From NCBI GenBank assembly GCA_028534125.1, contig CM052817.1, positions 32,736,001 to 32,800,000 of the forward strand: DNA of 64,000 bases, read 5' to 3'. Origin of the DNA: Lama glama (lineage: Eukaryota). Made by a program: the position numbers and the translations under genes. The stretch's first letter is position 1, and every line of letters starts with the position of its first letter. A model generated the notes under the pieces. It saw nothing but the letters and a program-made list of their open reading frames with translations. It was not told the origin of the DNA and made no database searches. This document shows, piece by piece, positions 10,505 to 23,460 of the stretch.

Positions 10505-10960
10505 AATAATTCCTAACCCCTGATCACAAGGTCTGGAAAGAGAAAGAACCAAAAAAACCCAAAAAACACATTTCACAGACTCCTTTTCAGCTAGGAATGT
10601 GATGTGAATTAGGTTGCACCAATGAGATGCACTCATGCAAGATCTGGAAGATAGAGGTGCTATTTTTGCTGGAAAGCAAGTTAGAGAGACATGAATATTT
10701 GTGTTTGCATTCCACTGTCTGATCACCAGCTTCCTGATCATGATTGTCGAGGAGGCAGGAGTAGTAGCAGCAACAGCTTTCTGACATTGAGATTGTAACT
10801 TTGTCAATGTGCCCTTGAAATCCATCATACAGTGGCAGCCACCTTACTCTCACTGGCCCTCTCAATACCTTTGTAAACACCTAATACCCTATATTAAATG
10901 CCTCTCTTCTTGAAATACCTTTAGGTGGTTATGTTTCCTGCACTGTTTCCTGATTCTTAC
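10505..10960 (+). mobile_element. ERVL-type solo LTR (LTR33/LTR16/LTR41-like)
   Basis: tttcacagactccttttcagctagg...gtgaattaggttgcaccaatgagatgcac...attaaatgcctctcttcttgaaatacctttaggtggttatgtttcctg. Confidence 0.55.
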
Positions 10961-11183
10961 ACTTTAAGATATTTTTTACCCTGAAAAGTGTAATATTTTT
11001 ATAGAGTCAGTATGTCTACTATTTTTATTTTATAGTTGATGAGATTCCTGACTTGGTTAAGAAACATCTATGACCCCAGATTACACAGTGTCTCCTAGAT
11101 TATCACTTAAGATGCTTATGATTTAGTTTTTACATTTAAATGTTTTGTTCTATAAGATAAGGGTCAGTTTTTACTTTTGGTGG

Positions 11184-11565
11184 TGTTATGGATTGAATCG
11201 TGTCCACCTCAAAGGCATATGCTGAAGCCCTAAACCCCCTCCAACGCAACTGCCTTTGGAAACACGGCCTTGGAAAGAGGTCGTTAACATTAAATCAGGT
11301 CACAAGTGTGGAGCTTTATCCAACATAACTGGTGTGCTTATAAAAATAGAAAAAAGTACCAGGGATTTGTGTACNNNNNNNNNNNNNNNNNNNNNNNNNN
11401 NNNNNNNNNNNNNNNNNNNNNNNNNNNNNNNNNNNNNNNNNNNNNNNNNNNNNNNNNNNNNNNNNNNNNNNNNNNNNNNNNNNNNNNNNNNNNNNNNNNN
11501 NNNNNNNNNNNNNNNNNNNNNNNNNNNNNNNNNNNNNNNNNNNNNAGCCTTAGCAAACTAGCATA
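11184..11565 (+). mobile_element. MaLR solo LTR (MLT1A/B-like) spanning an N gap
   Basis: Starts tgttatggattgaatcgtgtcc, ends agccttagcaaactagcata, with a perfect 5-bp TSD ggtgg at 11179-11183 and 11566-11570. Confidence 0.85.
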
Positions 11566-11922
11566 GGTGGACAGACAACTGTGTCAATGTTATTTATGAC
11601 TTAATTACTTTGCCCTTGAATTGAAATACCACTTTATCATGAATAAATTTTATATATATAAAGAGACTAACTTATGGATTCTCTAGTCTCTTCTTCTCTT
11701 CCACTCATCACTATGCCCATACCATACTGATTAGATTGTATTCATGGTACGTTCTGATATTTGATAAGGCAAGTCCCCCCTCTCTGTTCTTCTTTCTTCC
11801 TACACCCCCATGGGTTACTCCTTGAAAAACAGCATTTTCTCAGAGTGATACATGTATACAGTTGGAAAAACCAAATAGTACAATAAAGCTTGTAACTAAA
11901 TAAGGAGTCCCTCTTCGGCCCT

Positions 11923-12131
11923 TAGTGATATGCTTGTAAAGATTTAACAACTGACTTTCTGGGGGAAAAAAAAGGCTTTGATTTATAGTGTCTTCTGTTT
12001 CAGTGATGTAAATACTCCCACCATGACTGACTTCAAGGTCCCAGTGTGACATTGCTGAGCAGGGCATTGGGGACAAATGTGCCCAACTGGCGTCTCAAGC
12101 CAGAACAAGTCAACTCTAGCATACTTCTGCC
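11923..12131 (+). mobile_element. MER63A-like hAT DNA transposon fossil
   Basis: gtaaagatttaacaact...gtgatgtaaatactcccaccatgactgacttcaagg matches the recalled MER63 consensus. Confidence 0.75.
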
Positions 12132-13226
12132 CACTCCTGAGTTTCTCTTCTAAAGCTCGTTTTAGCTGTTTTTCTGGTACTTACATCCACACCTTTAAAT
12201 GGTGTGCATACATGACTATTTCACACATTTTAGGCATTATCAATTGATATCTTGTGATGGATGATCGGATACCATCAAATACCTTTTCTCTCCCCAGGCT
12301 CTCCCTTCCCCTAAAATTCTACCACAATTTTTGTTGAAATGAATACTCAATGTTCATTTTATTGTAGTTAGCTACTTATATACCCAATTACATGCCTAAT
12401 TCTAATGTGATTCTTATGATTATATGCTACTTAGTGAGCCAAGTAATTTACCTTGATAAAATTTCCTTTATTATATATTTTTAAAAACTGTTTTTTCCTG
12501 ATGCTATGTTTCCCAAGTCTCTAATCTTTTTCTCCCAAACTCTCCAAGAGGAAACGCTGTGGTAAAGCTGGGAGATTCAAAGGCTGTCATTCGGGGAGCA
12601 TTTGGCCCACTCTGCTTGCTGCTGCTGCCATTTGAGGCTATGAGGAAAACCATCTGTTTCTATTATTATTCTGAGTAGAAAAAAATCAAAACTTATTTCA
12701 GATGAAAATTGACAACTCCCCAACATATAGCTGTGGGATGTAAATTTGCATTACTAGTGCCGTCAAGGAAGACCCCCAAGCTCAGAATTGATATTATGCT
12801 GGTCACAGTTTGCAAATGCCTCCTAGCCTGCGGCCAAGGCAACCGCAAAGCCCCTGTAGAGGAAAGCACCCACCTCTCAACTCAGGCCACTCGGGGCTTC
12901 CCCAAGATCAAGTGCAGACCAATAGAGGCTCACAATAAAACATTACCCAGCACACACACACAACAAAAATGACTCACTGAGAATGAAAGTCAGCAAAAAC
13001 ACTAACAAAAAAAGTAGATTTCCCAGGATTTAAGACATTGGAATTATTAGCTACAGAACATAAACAATGCAAAATGTTTGAAATTTTAAAAAATGAAAGT
13101 AAGGATTAAGAAAGGAATAGAAAATTTAAAAAGAAATTTAATGTAAGTACCATTTCCTGTCTGAAAAATAAACTTGTTTGAGGAAGAATCAAATAGAACT
13201 TTCGGAAATTACAAAAAAAAAAAAAT

Positions 13227-13252
13227 ACACACACACACACACACACACACAC
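13227..13252 (+). repeat. (AC)n microsatellite following poly-A
   Basis: Seen directly. Confidence 0.95.
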
Positions 13253-14299
13253 AGCCATTGAAATTATGCCCATCCTCTTTGAAGTCTCCCTTCTCCTCCT
13301 TTATCCAATGGAAATCTGAATCTTCCCTAGGACGCTGTTCGCCCTGCAGCCATCCCTAGTGTTGGCTGTTGTTTCTCCCACAGCTCTCCCACCTCTGAGC
13401 GTGCAGATTTGTTTGAGCATTTTCTTTGCTTCCCACTGCCACTCTTTCTCCCTCTTCCCCAGATTTTACCACCCCACTGCCCTTTGTGGTTGGTGTCTTG
13501 TACTGATTCACACATTACTCTTCATTTAAAAATTATTTTAGCTCCTACTTCATTGATACTCTCTCCAATTGTACTCCTGTCTTAATTTGTGGCATATCAA
13601 TATCCAAGCAGACAATCCTTCCTGTATCCTCACCTCTCAGTGGTTCATTTCTTATGATTTCATTGCATGAATAGAGTATCATTTGTTTATGCATTCATCT
13701 GCCAATGGCCCTTTGGGTGGTTTCCAGTTTTGTGCCTATTGTAAACAAAGTTGCTATGAACATTCACGTGGGTCTTTGCAGCCAGATACAGTGATAAACA
13801 GATTCAAGGGTAACCAGCATATTCCAGCTGGTCCTTGCTCTCCTTTGCTCTGCTTCTAGCTCTTCTTAAGAGCTAGCCCTGCTGACCAGCAGCAGCCTCC
13901 AGATCCACTGCAAATGCTTGCTGGTGGATTCACAGGAGTGATAGCTACATAAAGGTAGCAGCTTCCCACAGATCTGTCCACAAGCTCCCTCCTTATGATC
14001 CCATTTCAACATCTGGCCCTGCTTAGCTTCTCAAGCATTCCACACTCATCTACCTACACCAGTGTGCAGAACAACTGGTCGTGACTATTTCTCTCATCCA
14101 CTAACTCCATATTTTAGACCCTTCCTTGACCAACTTCTCCCAAATCATGAAGATCTAAATCCCATAATTAATCCTCTATTCTGTAACACTTAGTGGCTTT
14201 GCTATCCTGACCAATATATACCTCCCTCCCAAATTGAAATGAACTTTCTTTGGTGTTCATTTTTTCCCCTTCTTCTTCTTTTTTAAAAATGAGAATTTT

Positions 14300-14740
14300 T
14301 TAGCAGCTTTATTTGTGATAGCCTCAAGCCGAAAATAACTCAAGTATTCCGTCAATAGTAGGAAGGGCAAATAACATGGATTTTATTCATAGAATGAGAT
14401 GTTACATAGCAACAAAAAGAATTACCAGTACCCTGCACAACCAGGGTGAATCTACCAAATGCCAAGTGAAAGAAGCCAAACAACAAAGAGATCATACTGC
14501 ATAATTCTACCTATATGAGCTTCAAAGTAGAGAAAAGTGGACTATGGTGACAGAAGTTGGGATAGCACGTCTTTGGAAAACCCTTGGGAGAGGGCTACAG
14601 TCTGGGAAGGGACATGAAGATTTTTTTCCAGTGATAGAAATGCTCAATATTGTGGTCTGGGTGATGTTTACAAGCATATATACATATGTTAAATTTTTAG
14701 CAAGCTGTTCAGTTATGATTAGTGTAATTTACCTTTGTAT
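14300..14740 (+). mobile_element. Old L1M (L1ME/MC-like) 3' region
   Basis: agcagctttatttgtgatagcc...aagtgaaagaagcca...gtgatagaaatgctcaatattg. Confidence 0.7.
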
Positions 14741-14807
14741 ATATGTATGGAGAGAGAGAGGAGTGTAGTCTCCTAGAATTTTGTCTGGACTCGAGTCTTG
14801 TTTGGAC

Positions 14808-14930
14808 TTTTTTTTTTTTAATTTTGTAATTTGAAATAATTACAGATTCACAGGAAGTTGCAATAGGCAAGTACAGAGAGGTCTTGTGTATCTGTTACAC
14901 AGCTTCCCTCAGTAGTTACATCTTACGGTT
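14808..14930 (-). mobile_element. L1MC/MD-like 3' terminus
   Basis: Poly-T then ttgaaataattacagattcacaggaagttgcaa...gtacagagaggtc. Confidence 0.7.
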
Positions 14931-15595
14931 TTCATAATCACATTCCTCATCATCGTTGGGTTGACTACCAGTAGATTTGGAACCATGGTGTCATTTCTTA
15001 TCAAAAATGTCCAGAAAAGCTTGTTTCATCATTTACCAATAAGGATTAACATTTTAAAAAATACAGATTTTTGCTCCTTAATTTAGTTAATAACCTATAA
15101 GTTAAAAAACAGATGATTAAATATTAAAATAATTATAAAAATAACGAATTATAAAAATAAACACTTACATTTTCTCAGATTTTTACACACCTTTGTGTTA
15201 CCCATGACAAACATACTTTAAAAGTCACATATTGTTGTGTGGCCCTACTGTGCAGGCCTGGTCCTTGGTTCCCTCCACAAGTGTCTTAAGTCTGACGACT
15301 CCTGACTGGTCTAGACCCTGTTCACTGAGATGCATCCACTAATCACACACCGAATGTAGCAGCAAAGCCAAATTGCCAAAAAGTTTCTAAGCATTTACTC
15401 AATTTGTCTACTAGTAACAAAGAATATGCAGACCAGAGCTGGCCGGTGGACATACCTAGAACACTGTTAGTTCTGGTGGCAGAGAGGGAAAAGGCTCTTG
15501 ATGCATTGTGTAAAGTTAATTAAATGCATGGCTGAAGTGACAGGCAAAGCTGTGATCACTGTTCTGGCTCCAAGCTCTGTCTGTTTTTGGAACTT

Positions 15596-15708
15596 ATTTA
15601 TTTGTTGTTTGTTTGTTTAGGGGGGGCAGGCTTATTTATTTACTTAAATGGAGATACTGGGGATTGAACCCAGGACCTGCACAATACCACTGAGCCGTAC
15701 CCACCTCC
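15596..15708 (-). mobile_element. Camelid-type tRNA-derived SINE with an internal deletion
   Basis: tactggggattgaacccaggacc...taccactgagccgtaccc is the reverse complement of the SINE head at 43083; possible TSD ggaactt/ggagctt. Confidence 0.8.
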
Positions 15709-18632
15709 GGAGCTTTCTGTTGAGCGTGGCCATTTTTAAATACTCTTTTTATGTTTGTCCACCATATCTATGTGTCTGTATTTGGAGTGGGGTCTGCATT
15801 AATTCAGAAGTCAAACTGCCTGAGCTCTAACACAGGGCAAGTTACTCCACCCCTCTGGTCTCTGTTTCCTCACCTTAAAAATGGGAGAAAAAAAGAAACT
15901 TGTGGTAAAGATTAAATGTGTAAAGCATTTGGAACGGTGCACAGAGCATAAGTATCATTGGATAAATTTTTTATTATTAGTGTGTTATCAGAAGTACCTC
16001 CCTTTAGTGATGTCCTGTAAGGTTAAGTCATACCCTTGGAAAATTATTACCCCAGTGTTAAAATTTTAAAGTCTAATTTGAAGAAAAAAGCTGAGAACGT
16101 CTCTTCTGTTCCTAATTGGCTTTTGCCTTTTCCAGGAATCCCTGAATGCCACTGATTTAATGAGGTGGATGGGGGGCTCTTCTCAAACATTTATCTTTGC
16201 ATATGAGTATTAGAATCAGTTTTTCAAATTCCCCAGAAAATCTATGGAAATTGGATTGGGATTGCAGTGAATTCATAGATTAATGTGGGGAGAATTGAAA
16301 TATTTGGAACAATTTTATAATTGATCATTTGGCAAAAGTTGCTCATAAAAATTATGTGAAAATGATGCCTTTTGGGGAGAGGGAGAAATTTTTTAAATGT
16401 CTTTAATATTTATTGGCTCTGTTGGGTTTAAAAACTTTTTTAACATCTGAAGTACCTCCCTGTTGGGAAATTCCCTACTGCAAGAATCTTAGCCAAAGGC
16501 AGGACCTGTATTCCATTGTTTAGAGTTGAAACCATGAAACATACACTTTCCTCTGCCATCTAGCGTCTAGGACCTGGAACTATGTTCTTGGCTCAGCTCA
16601 TGGGACCCTCCTGCCCAAGATTTTAAGCCTGGAGCAAATTAGCAAAGAATCAAGGACATTATAGAGAATTTTTTTTTTTTTGTGAGGGGCAGTGGTATGA
16701 GAAGTAACATCAAATATTTAGGAACAACATTTGGAAAGGCATCACGGTCCTTTCCAATGATGGCATGACTTGTCTTGGGATCCTTTTTTTGTTTAAAATT
16801 CATTGCTGCATTCAATGAGTTAATATTTTCTTTTAGCTATTTGCTGGTATGTTTATAAGAGACTGGCTGGTAATTCACTTCTTTCACTATCCTTTTTTCA
16901 GTTTTTGTAACAAGGCAAAATTATTTTCTGTTGCTTGAACATAGGGACAATGATTAACATAATTTTCTCTCCAAGTCTTCTTTTCCACATTGAATATGTT
17001 TTAGTATTTCATATTTTTCTAGAAAATTATCCCATTTCATATGTTTTCAACTTTATTGGCACAGAATATTCTTTGCTCATTGAATACTGTGTTCCTCTCT
17101 AGTGTATTTGTGGTTATGATTTTATTTTCTGCCCTAATATTGCTTATTTATACTTTTTAAAAAATCATTGTGGTCAGAAGTCCATTTCTTTTATTGGTTT
17201 TTTCAAAGAACAAGCTTTGGGTTCTATCAACTCTCCTGTTTGTCTTCTATTCTATGAATTTCTTGGGTGGAGTGGATCCTTCATGTTGTAACTGTACCGT
17301 AACTCCCAGACCTTTTTTGGTATCTACTGATGAACAAAGGGATTAGCAGGTTTCTGGCTTCTAAATCCAGGCAGGAAGCCCAGTCTCAGCTCTGGGCCCT
17401 GCACAGGGTCCACTGCTTTAACACTCAGCCCTTTAGGGGCATTAAAAGCTCAGCTCTGATACCACTAACCCAGCCTGTCTCTCTGTAGGCTGCATGGATT
17501 TAATCCCTGCATAGCTCTGTGGTTATGAGTTACCACTTCACATTTAGCTCTTGGAGATACTCTTTTCTTATGCATGAGCATGAGTATGTGTTTTAAATGT
17601 TTTACGAAAGACATTTTGTCCATTTCTATGTATTTAAAGTATACCAGAATTCTGTTTTTTTCTGTCATCTAAACTAGAAGTCACCAGTTGGTACATATAT
17701 GTATGTTGCTAATACTCCAAGCTCTCAGCTTTGCTCTCATTTTTCAGATTACCCCCAGACAGAGGTGGCCCCGTCAGAGAGAGGGAGTGCCTCTGAGCAG
17801 TGCCTCCTTCGACCCTGAGGTAGGACCATGGAGATCTGCTCTGGGAGGAGACAGGGTTTCTGCATGGAGGACTGTCCTTGATGACTGTGTGAACGGCATG
17901 ATTCAAGAGTGATTGCCACAGACAGGGTTAATACAGTGGGAGTGTCCCCACCCTCTGTGTTCCCTTCTCCTGCTCTGGTCTTGCTTTGACTCAATGTCTC
18001 CCCTCCCCTACATCAAGGAGAGTCTTGTCTTGACTTGCTGATTTCTGGGCCTTTGGGATTCAACATGGAGAAAATGGGTATGGATGACAGGGCAGGGGTG
18101 GAGGGATGAAAAGAAAAGAGAATAAGGCTTCAAGAAAGAGGGGAGCATCGAGATTCTGAAGCACTGTCAGATATGAACCAATAAGATCCCTGAGATGACA
18201 AGGATGCTGTGAGATATGACTCAGAATCCTTTATTGATCTTTGAAAATATAATTAATGACTAGAGTTACTTTTTAACTACTTCTGGTTTTCAGACTTTTT
18301 TCTTCAAATGTGCTTAATGTTTAATTAGCAGTACGAGCCCCCGCTTATATCCTGGTTACAACTGGATAACCGCCCCCTTTATTTGCCTGGATCATTGATT
18401 CTTATTGTGACTAGCTAAGTTTATTCTCATTCTCACCCACGGGGAACAGCCCAGTATTTAAAAGCATTTTAAACAAATATGGCCACTTGGTAGAAATGAG
18501 CCCCCACCTAGGAGCAGAACACTTGGTTCTGTTCCCAGCCACGCACCAATTGGCTGTGTGACCATAAGCAAGTCACTTCACCTCTCTGAACTGCATCTTC
18601 ATCATCTGAAAAGGTGAACCTTTTGAACTAGA

Positions 18633-18830
18633 TCAGTGGTCCTCAACCATGGGAGGTTCAACTCCCATGTGAGATATTTGGGGAAATGTGGAGCATTTTT
18701 CATTATCACAGTGACTGTGGAGACACTGTTGACACTTGGAGGGCAAGGGACTGGAATGCAAAATATCTACCACGCTTGGAATGATCCCATCTGGTGAAAA
18801 TTTGCCTCACAGGATGCCTCTGTGCTAGAT
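18633..18830 (+). mobile_element. MER20-like hAT-Charlie fossil, preceded by a MIR at ~18510-18630
   Basis: cagtggtcctcaacc...atatttggggaaatgtggagcatttttcattatcacagtgactg. Confidence 0.6.
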
Positions 18831-19609
18831 GCTCCTCTTATCTCTTAAGACTCTGGGTCATTTGTTCATTTCTCTTCATTTCTGCTTTCCTACTGCTTGC
18901 AATCCACTGGCCTCCCTTTGAGGCATCAGAACTGCTAAAAATTCAATTTCAGGGGCCCCCACATAAGACCTGAGTCAGCATCAAGATCTCCAGGTGACTC
19001 GCACATAGTCTACAATTTGCTTTACTTGTTTGTCCATCTCACTCAGCCACAAAATGACAATGATATAAAATTTTTCTTATAAATCTTATAAAATCATTTA
19101 TAAGGTTTAAAAAATAATGTTGTCACTATTCTTGGTATTTGAGTTCTTTGCATAAATTATTTCAGTAATCCTCACAGAAACCTAATAATAGAAGTTTCCT
19201 TTCCACATTTGACAGGTTAAGGAAAAGGCTTCCTTATTATTACAAGCTAGCAAATGCAAGGGCTAGGACTTGAGCCCAGATTTGCTTGACCCCAAAGCCT
19301 GAACTCGCCCCACTGTATTATATAGCTTCCTGTTGCTCTCTGTCTTTGTAATACTGGCTATCAAATGGAAACACCAAAAAAAAAAAAAAATAGGGAAGGG
19401 GGCCTGGCTGCTATTTGCAACCATGCTCTGTTCACACAAATGGTGTACATCTAAAATACATGTGGCAGATGTCTGATCTGATTTACTGTTCACAAAGAAA
19501 GATCCAGTGAATAAAACAATAAGTATGACCCCATTTTCTAGACACATTCCAGAATGTTATAGTCGGAGGCAGACCGAATACATTTTTTAAATGTAATTGC
19601 ATCACACAG

Positions 19610-20016
19610 TGTGGTAGAGGTGGCTGGCTAACTCTTCCTTAGCTTAGAGTTATCACTTGGACACAGCTGCCCAACCAGCCTCCTTTGCATCCAGCTCAGG
19701 ATGTATGGCTAATTCTCACCAATGGGATGTGAACAGAAGTGCTGTGTCACTTCCGGGTGGGGTTTTAAGCTGTGCCTGTTTTCTGCTCCCCTCTGCCATC
19801 TATCAGCCAGCAGCGGAGGACTCCAATGAAACAGGGCTACTGGACCCACAACTTGGAAGGAGCCCAGGTCCCTGAATGACCACATGGAGGAACAGCCATT
19901 GACTGAACAAGAACACCTGCCCTGAACTGTCACGTGAGCAAGAGGAAAGCTGCTGTTGTGCTGTGTGGTGCAAATTTGGGGTTTGTTATGGCATCCTGTT
20001 GCATCCTGTCTAATAA
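19610..20016 (+). mobile_element. MaLR LTR (MLT1I/J-like)
   Basis: cccaaccagcctcctttgcatccag...ggaaggagcccaggtccctgaatgaccacatggag...gtgagcaagag. Confidence 0.7.
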
Positions 20017-20749
20017 GAGTAAATAGTGCTACTCTGTCTAATACAAGTTATACCAACTGATCAACAATTACAATTTTTATCTTCTTCTTTTTATACATGT
20101 GTGATTTAAAAAAATAATAACATTTGTGAGCTTCGGAGCTCTAGTTATGGCAGTGAGCATCCTCACTGGTTTTTTAACTCTGAAAACTCACATCGTCTAA
20201 AAGATTCTACAGGGATCCACAGAAGGAGTAGAAAGCTGGCAAGTTGACTAGTTGTCTCCCTCACTTCCTTTCACATGGACTCTGACCATATATAGAAGGT
20301 CATCTAAACATCCCTGAGTTATTACTACAGCAAAGGGACAGAGAGGTGTCAAAGATTCAGGACCAGCTACCAAAACGTTTGCTTGTCCTTGAGTTGAGTG
20401 TCATTTGATACACAATAAGTATGTGTAAACATGGGACAACAGTTTGCAAAGTGCTCGTAAGGGCATAAAGGAGAATGGATAAGAGATTTGCCTATCCTTT
20501 ATCGTGATACCTTGTATAAATAAAGGAAGCTGAATTTAAAACCTAGTTGACTACAAAGAATCACAGTTTTTTTTTTTTAAACCTGGACAGTGCCTTGGAT
20601 TTAATTTCTAGCCAGTCATGCTGCATACTCATAATGAACTGCAGTAACATGATCCAAAGGCAATAAAAAGCAAAGTTGACTTAACCATGAGGCTTGATAA
20701 GAACCCTGAAGAGTACACACTGTTGCAGGAGGGTTTTAATAGGTTTAAG

Positions 20750-20965
20750 ATTTCATCAAACATTTAAAAGAAGATGAAGGAAAGGTTTGTAATTGCTTGA
20801 GGTGACAGAGACATCAAGACAGTTTAGCTGTTCAGAATGAGAATTAATGCACATATATGAAAATTTCATGAGTTTAGCTCTAAACAGAAGAGACTGTATT
20901 CATGAACAATATCAAGGTACAGTGGCAATGACATTTGGATCCTCATAGTCCCATGATTGCTGTGT
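20750..20965 (+). mobile_element. Possible CR1/L3 remnant
   Basis: agagacatcaagacagtttagctgttcagaatgagaattaatgc resembles eroded CR1 ORF2 3' sequence. Confidence 0.35.
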
Positions 20966-21929
20966 TCTCCCCCGTAGTATCTGTACGAGGATGGCAACAG
21001 ACCTTTGTGGACAGAGGCTTGATTTTAAATGGATCCTTCACACTGCCTGGCTCTGTCTCCATGAAACCAAAACAGATAGATAAGGAATATTAAGCTTTAA
21101 AAGTGCCAAGTGATGCCAAGGTTTCTGACGTTTTCAAATAGCTAAGTGTTTGTACAGATATTTCCAAATTTGTAGATGTAGCTGTTGGCAGTTTATTTGA
21201 CAAAATTCAGATAAGGGCTGGGACTTTTTATTTTTAGCACAATTATTTTTAGCACAAGGCTTCTATCAATGTTTAGTAATGGATGAGAGAGTAACTGCTT
21301 CAAATTCTTGACCCCAGGATGAGCCTGGGTATTCAGGGAGGCATTTGGAAAGACGCTTATCCCTCCAGACGTCTTGGGTACCACTGCCCCTTATTGAAAC
21401 CTAATAAGTCCTTTAAACATTCCTGAGTTATTCTAGAGAGGTGAAAGCATGTCAAAGATGTTGGGAACCTGGCAAAATGACCTAGTGGGGAGCCAAGCGC
21501 TTGGCAGCAGGAGATGCTCAATAAGCACACGAGGAAATGTGGCCATCAGAAGAGAAGGTTCCCAGCATCCCTTTACCACAGCTGCCCACTTAATGGCATC
21601 TGGAGCCACAGCTTGATAGAGATTTCCTCTGCTCCCATCTAAAACCAGCTCTCCTCTCTGCACTATTCACAGAGCCTGTTCACACTTGTCGACTTAAGAT
21701 GTTCCAACAGTTCCCCTCTCTCCTACGTCAGAAAGTTTTCTCTCTTCAGTACCCTTCCCATAACCAAGTGCATGTGCTGTTATTTAAAACACACACGTGC
21801 ACACACACAGCACCTTCTTTTGATTATACTTCCTCAGCTAGTCCTGCCACATTTATTTTAGAGTAAAACTCCTCAAAGGTATGTCTGTACTCACTGTCTC
21901 CAAGTCTCCTCTCATCTTTTCTTTGTCTT

Positions 21930-22042
21930 TCTTTCTTTCTTTTTTTCATTAACCTATAGTCAGTTACAATATGTCAATTCCTGGTGCACAGCATAATGCC
22001 CCAGTCATGCATATACATGCATATATTCACTTTCATATTCTC
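21930..22042 (-). mobile_element. Short camelid-type L1 3' end inserted in L2
   Basis: Poly-T tail then tatagtcagttacaatatgtcaattcctggtgcacagcataat...cagtcatgcatatacat. Confidence 0.7.
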
Positions 22043-22044
22043 AC

Positions 22045-23460
22045 TTTTTCTTAAACCTACTCTCATCAGGCTTTTTGTTCTACCCACTCCAGCACATCTG
22101 CCTCATCTGGCGAGGCTGCTGAATCCACACGAACCCATCAGTTCTCCATCCTCATTTTAACTTGGTCTCTTCATAGCCTTTGACCCACTGACTCACTCCT
22201 TCTTCCTTAATCATTTCTCTTGGCCTCCAGGACATCAGACTCTCTTAGTTTGCTCCCTCCCTTGATGCTGGCTCTCCTTATTCTCCTTTGCTGTTTTTTC
22301 TTCTTTTTCCAATCTTTTAAAGTAGGAATGCCAACAGGCTCCAGTCATTGACCCTTTTTTCTATGCAGACACGTTTTCTTGGAGATTTTCTTTAATCTTG
22401 TAGCTTTAGAATCACCATGCACATACCCACGACTCCAGAAGTTGTATCTTCACCTTAGCCCTGTCCCCGAACTCAGATGTTCATCCATCTAACTGCCGTC
22501 TCAATATCTCCACTTGGATGTCTGACTGACTCTGCAAACTTGGCACTTTCCAGACTCCACACCTGGTCTTCTGTCTCCATGAAAGGTACCTCCATCCTTG
22601 CAGGTGCTCAGGTCAAAGGCCATGGAATAAATAAAACCTTGGCTCCTGGTCCTCTCACACTCCACATCCAGTTCACACCCACGGGAGATCCTCCTGGTGA
22701 CAACTTCACAACAGGTCCAGAATCTGACCAGGCTGGGCCACCTTCACCACTTCCACCCTGCTGGGAGCCACCAGAACCTCTCACTGTAGAGGCCCCTCAA
22801 CAGACTCCCTGTTTCTATCCTTGACCCTTATAGTCTATTCCTGCACGGCAGCCAGAGTGATTTTTACAAAATGGAAGCCACATCATCCATCCTTTTCTCC
22901 CCTGCTCAGAAGCCTGCCTTAGCTCCTCACTCCATGCAGAGGAAGAGGCCCCGTCAGGCTCTGCGTGATCTGCACCACCCCCATCTTCCTTCTGTCACCC
23001 CGCCCCCCTTGCGCCCTTGGCTCCCACCACACTGCCCCCTTGTCTGACTTGGGGGGGAAGGGTGGGCTCCAGCACTCTCCTGCTTTGAGCCATTCTCCTG
23101 TTATCTGCTTGTCTGCGCTCTCACCCCCTCCAAGTCCCAGCTCAACTGTCACCTTCTCACTGGCGCCTACTCTGATTACCCTTCTTAAAATTCCAACCTG
23201 AGCACCCAGATTCCTGAAAATCCTTACTCTGCTCTGCTTGGTCTTTTCCCATAGCACACACATTGCCTTCTAATATACTGTACAGTTCCTCCTCTGTTAT
23301 GTATGGTCTGGCTCCCTCCTCCTCCCCGCAAGGATGTGCGCCCCTTGCGGGCCAGGGTCTGCATCTCTTGGGCTCACGGATGTACCTCAAGTGCTGAGGA
23401 CAGGGTGGGGCACTGGGTGGGCGCCCCATAAGGATCTGTTGAGAGAATTGAATCGGTAAG
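22045..23460. mobile_element. Long L2 LINE fragment
   Basis: Pyrimidine-rich L2 hallmarks: atatctccacttggatgtct, ccatccttgcaggtgctcaggtcaaa, cagccagagtgattttt, and the terminal ...atctgttgagagaattgaat. Confidence 0.8.
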
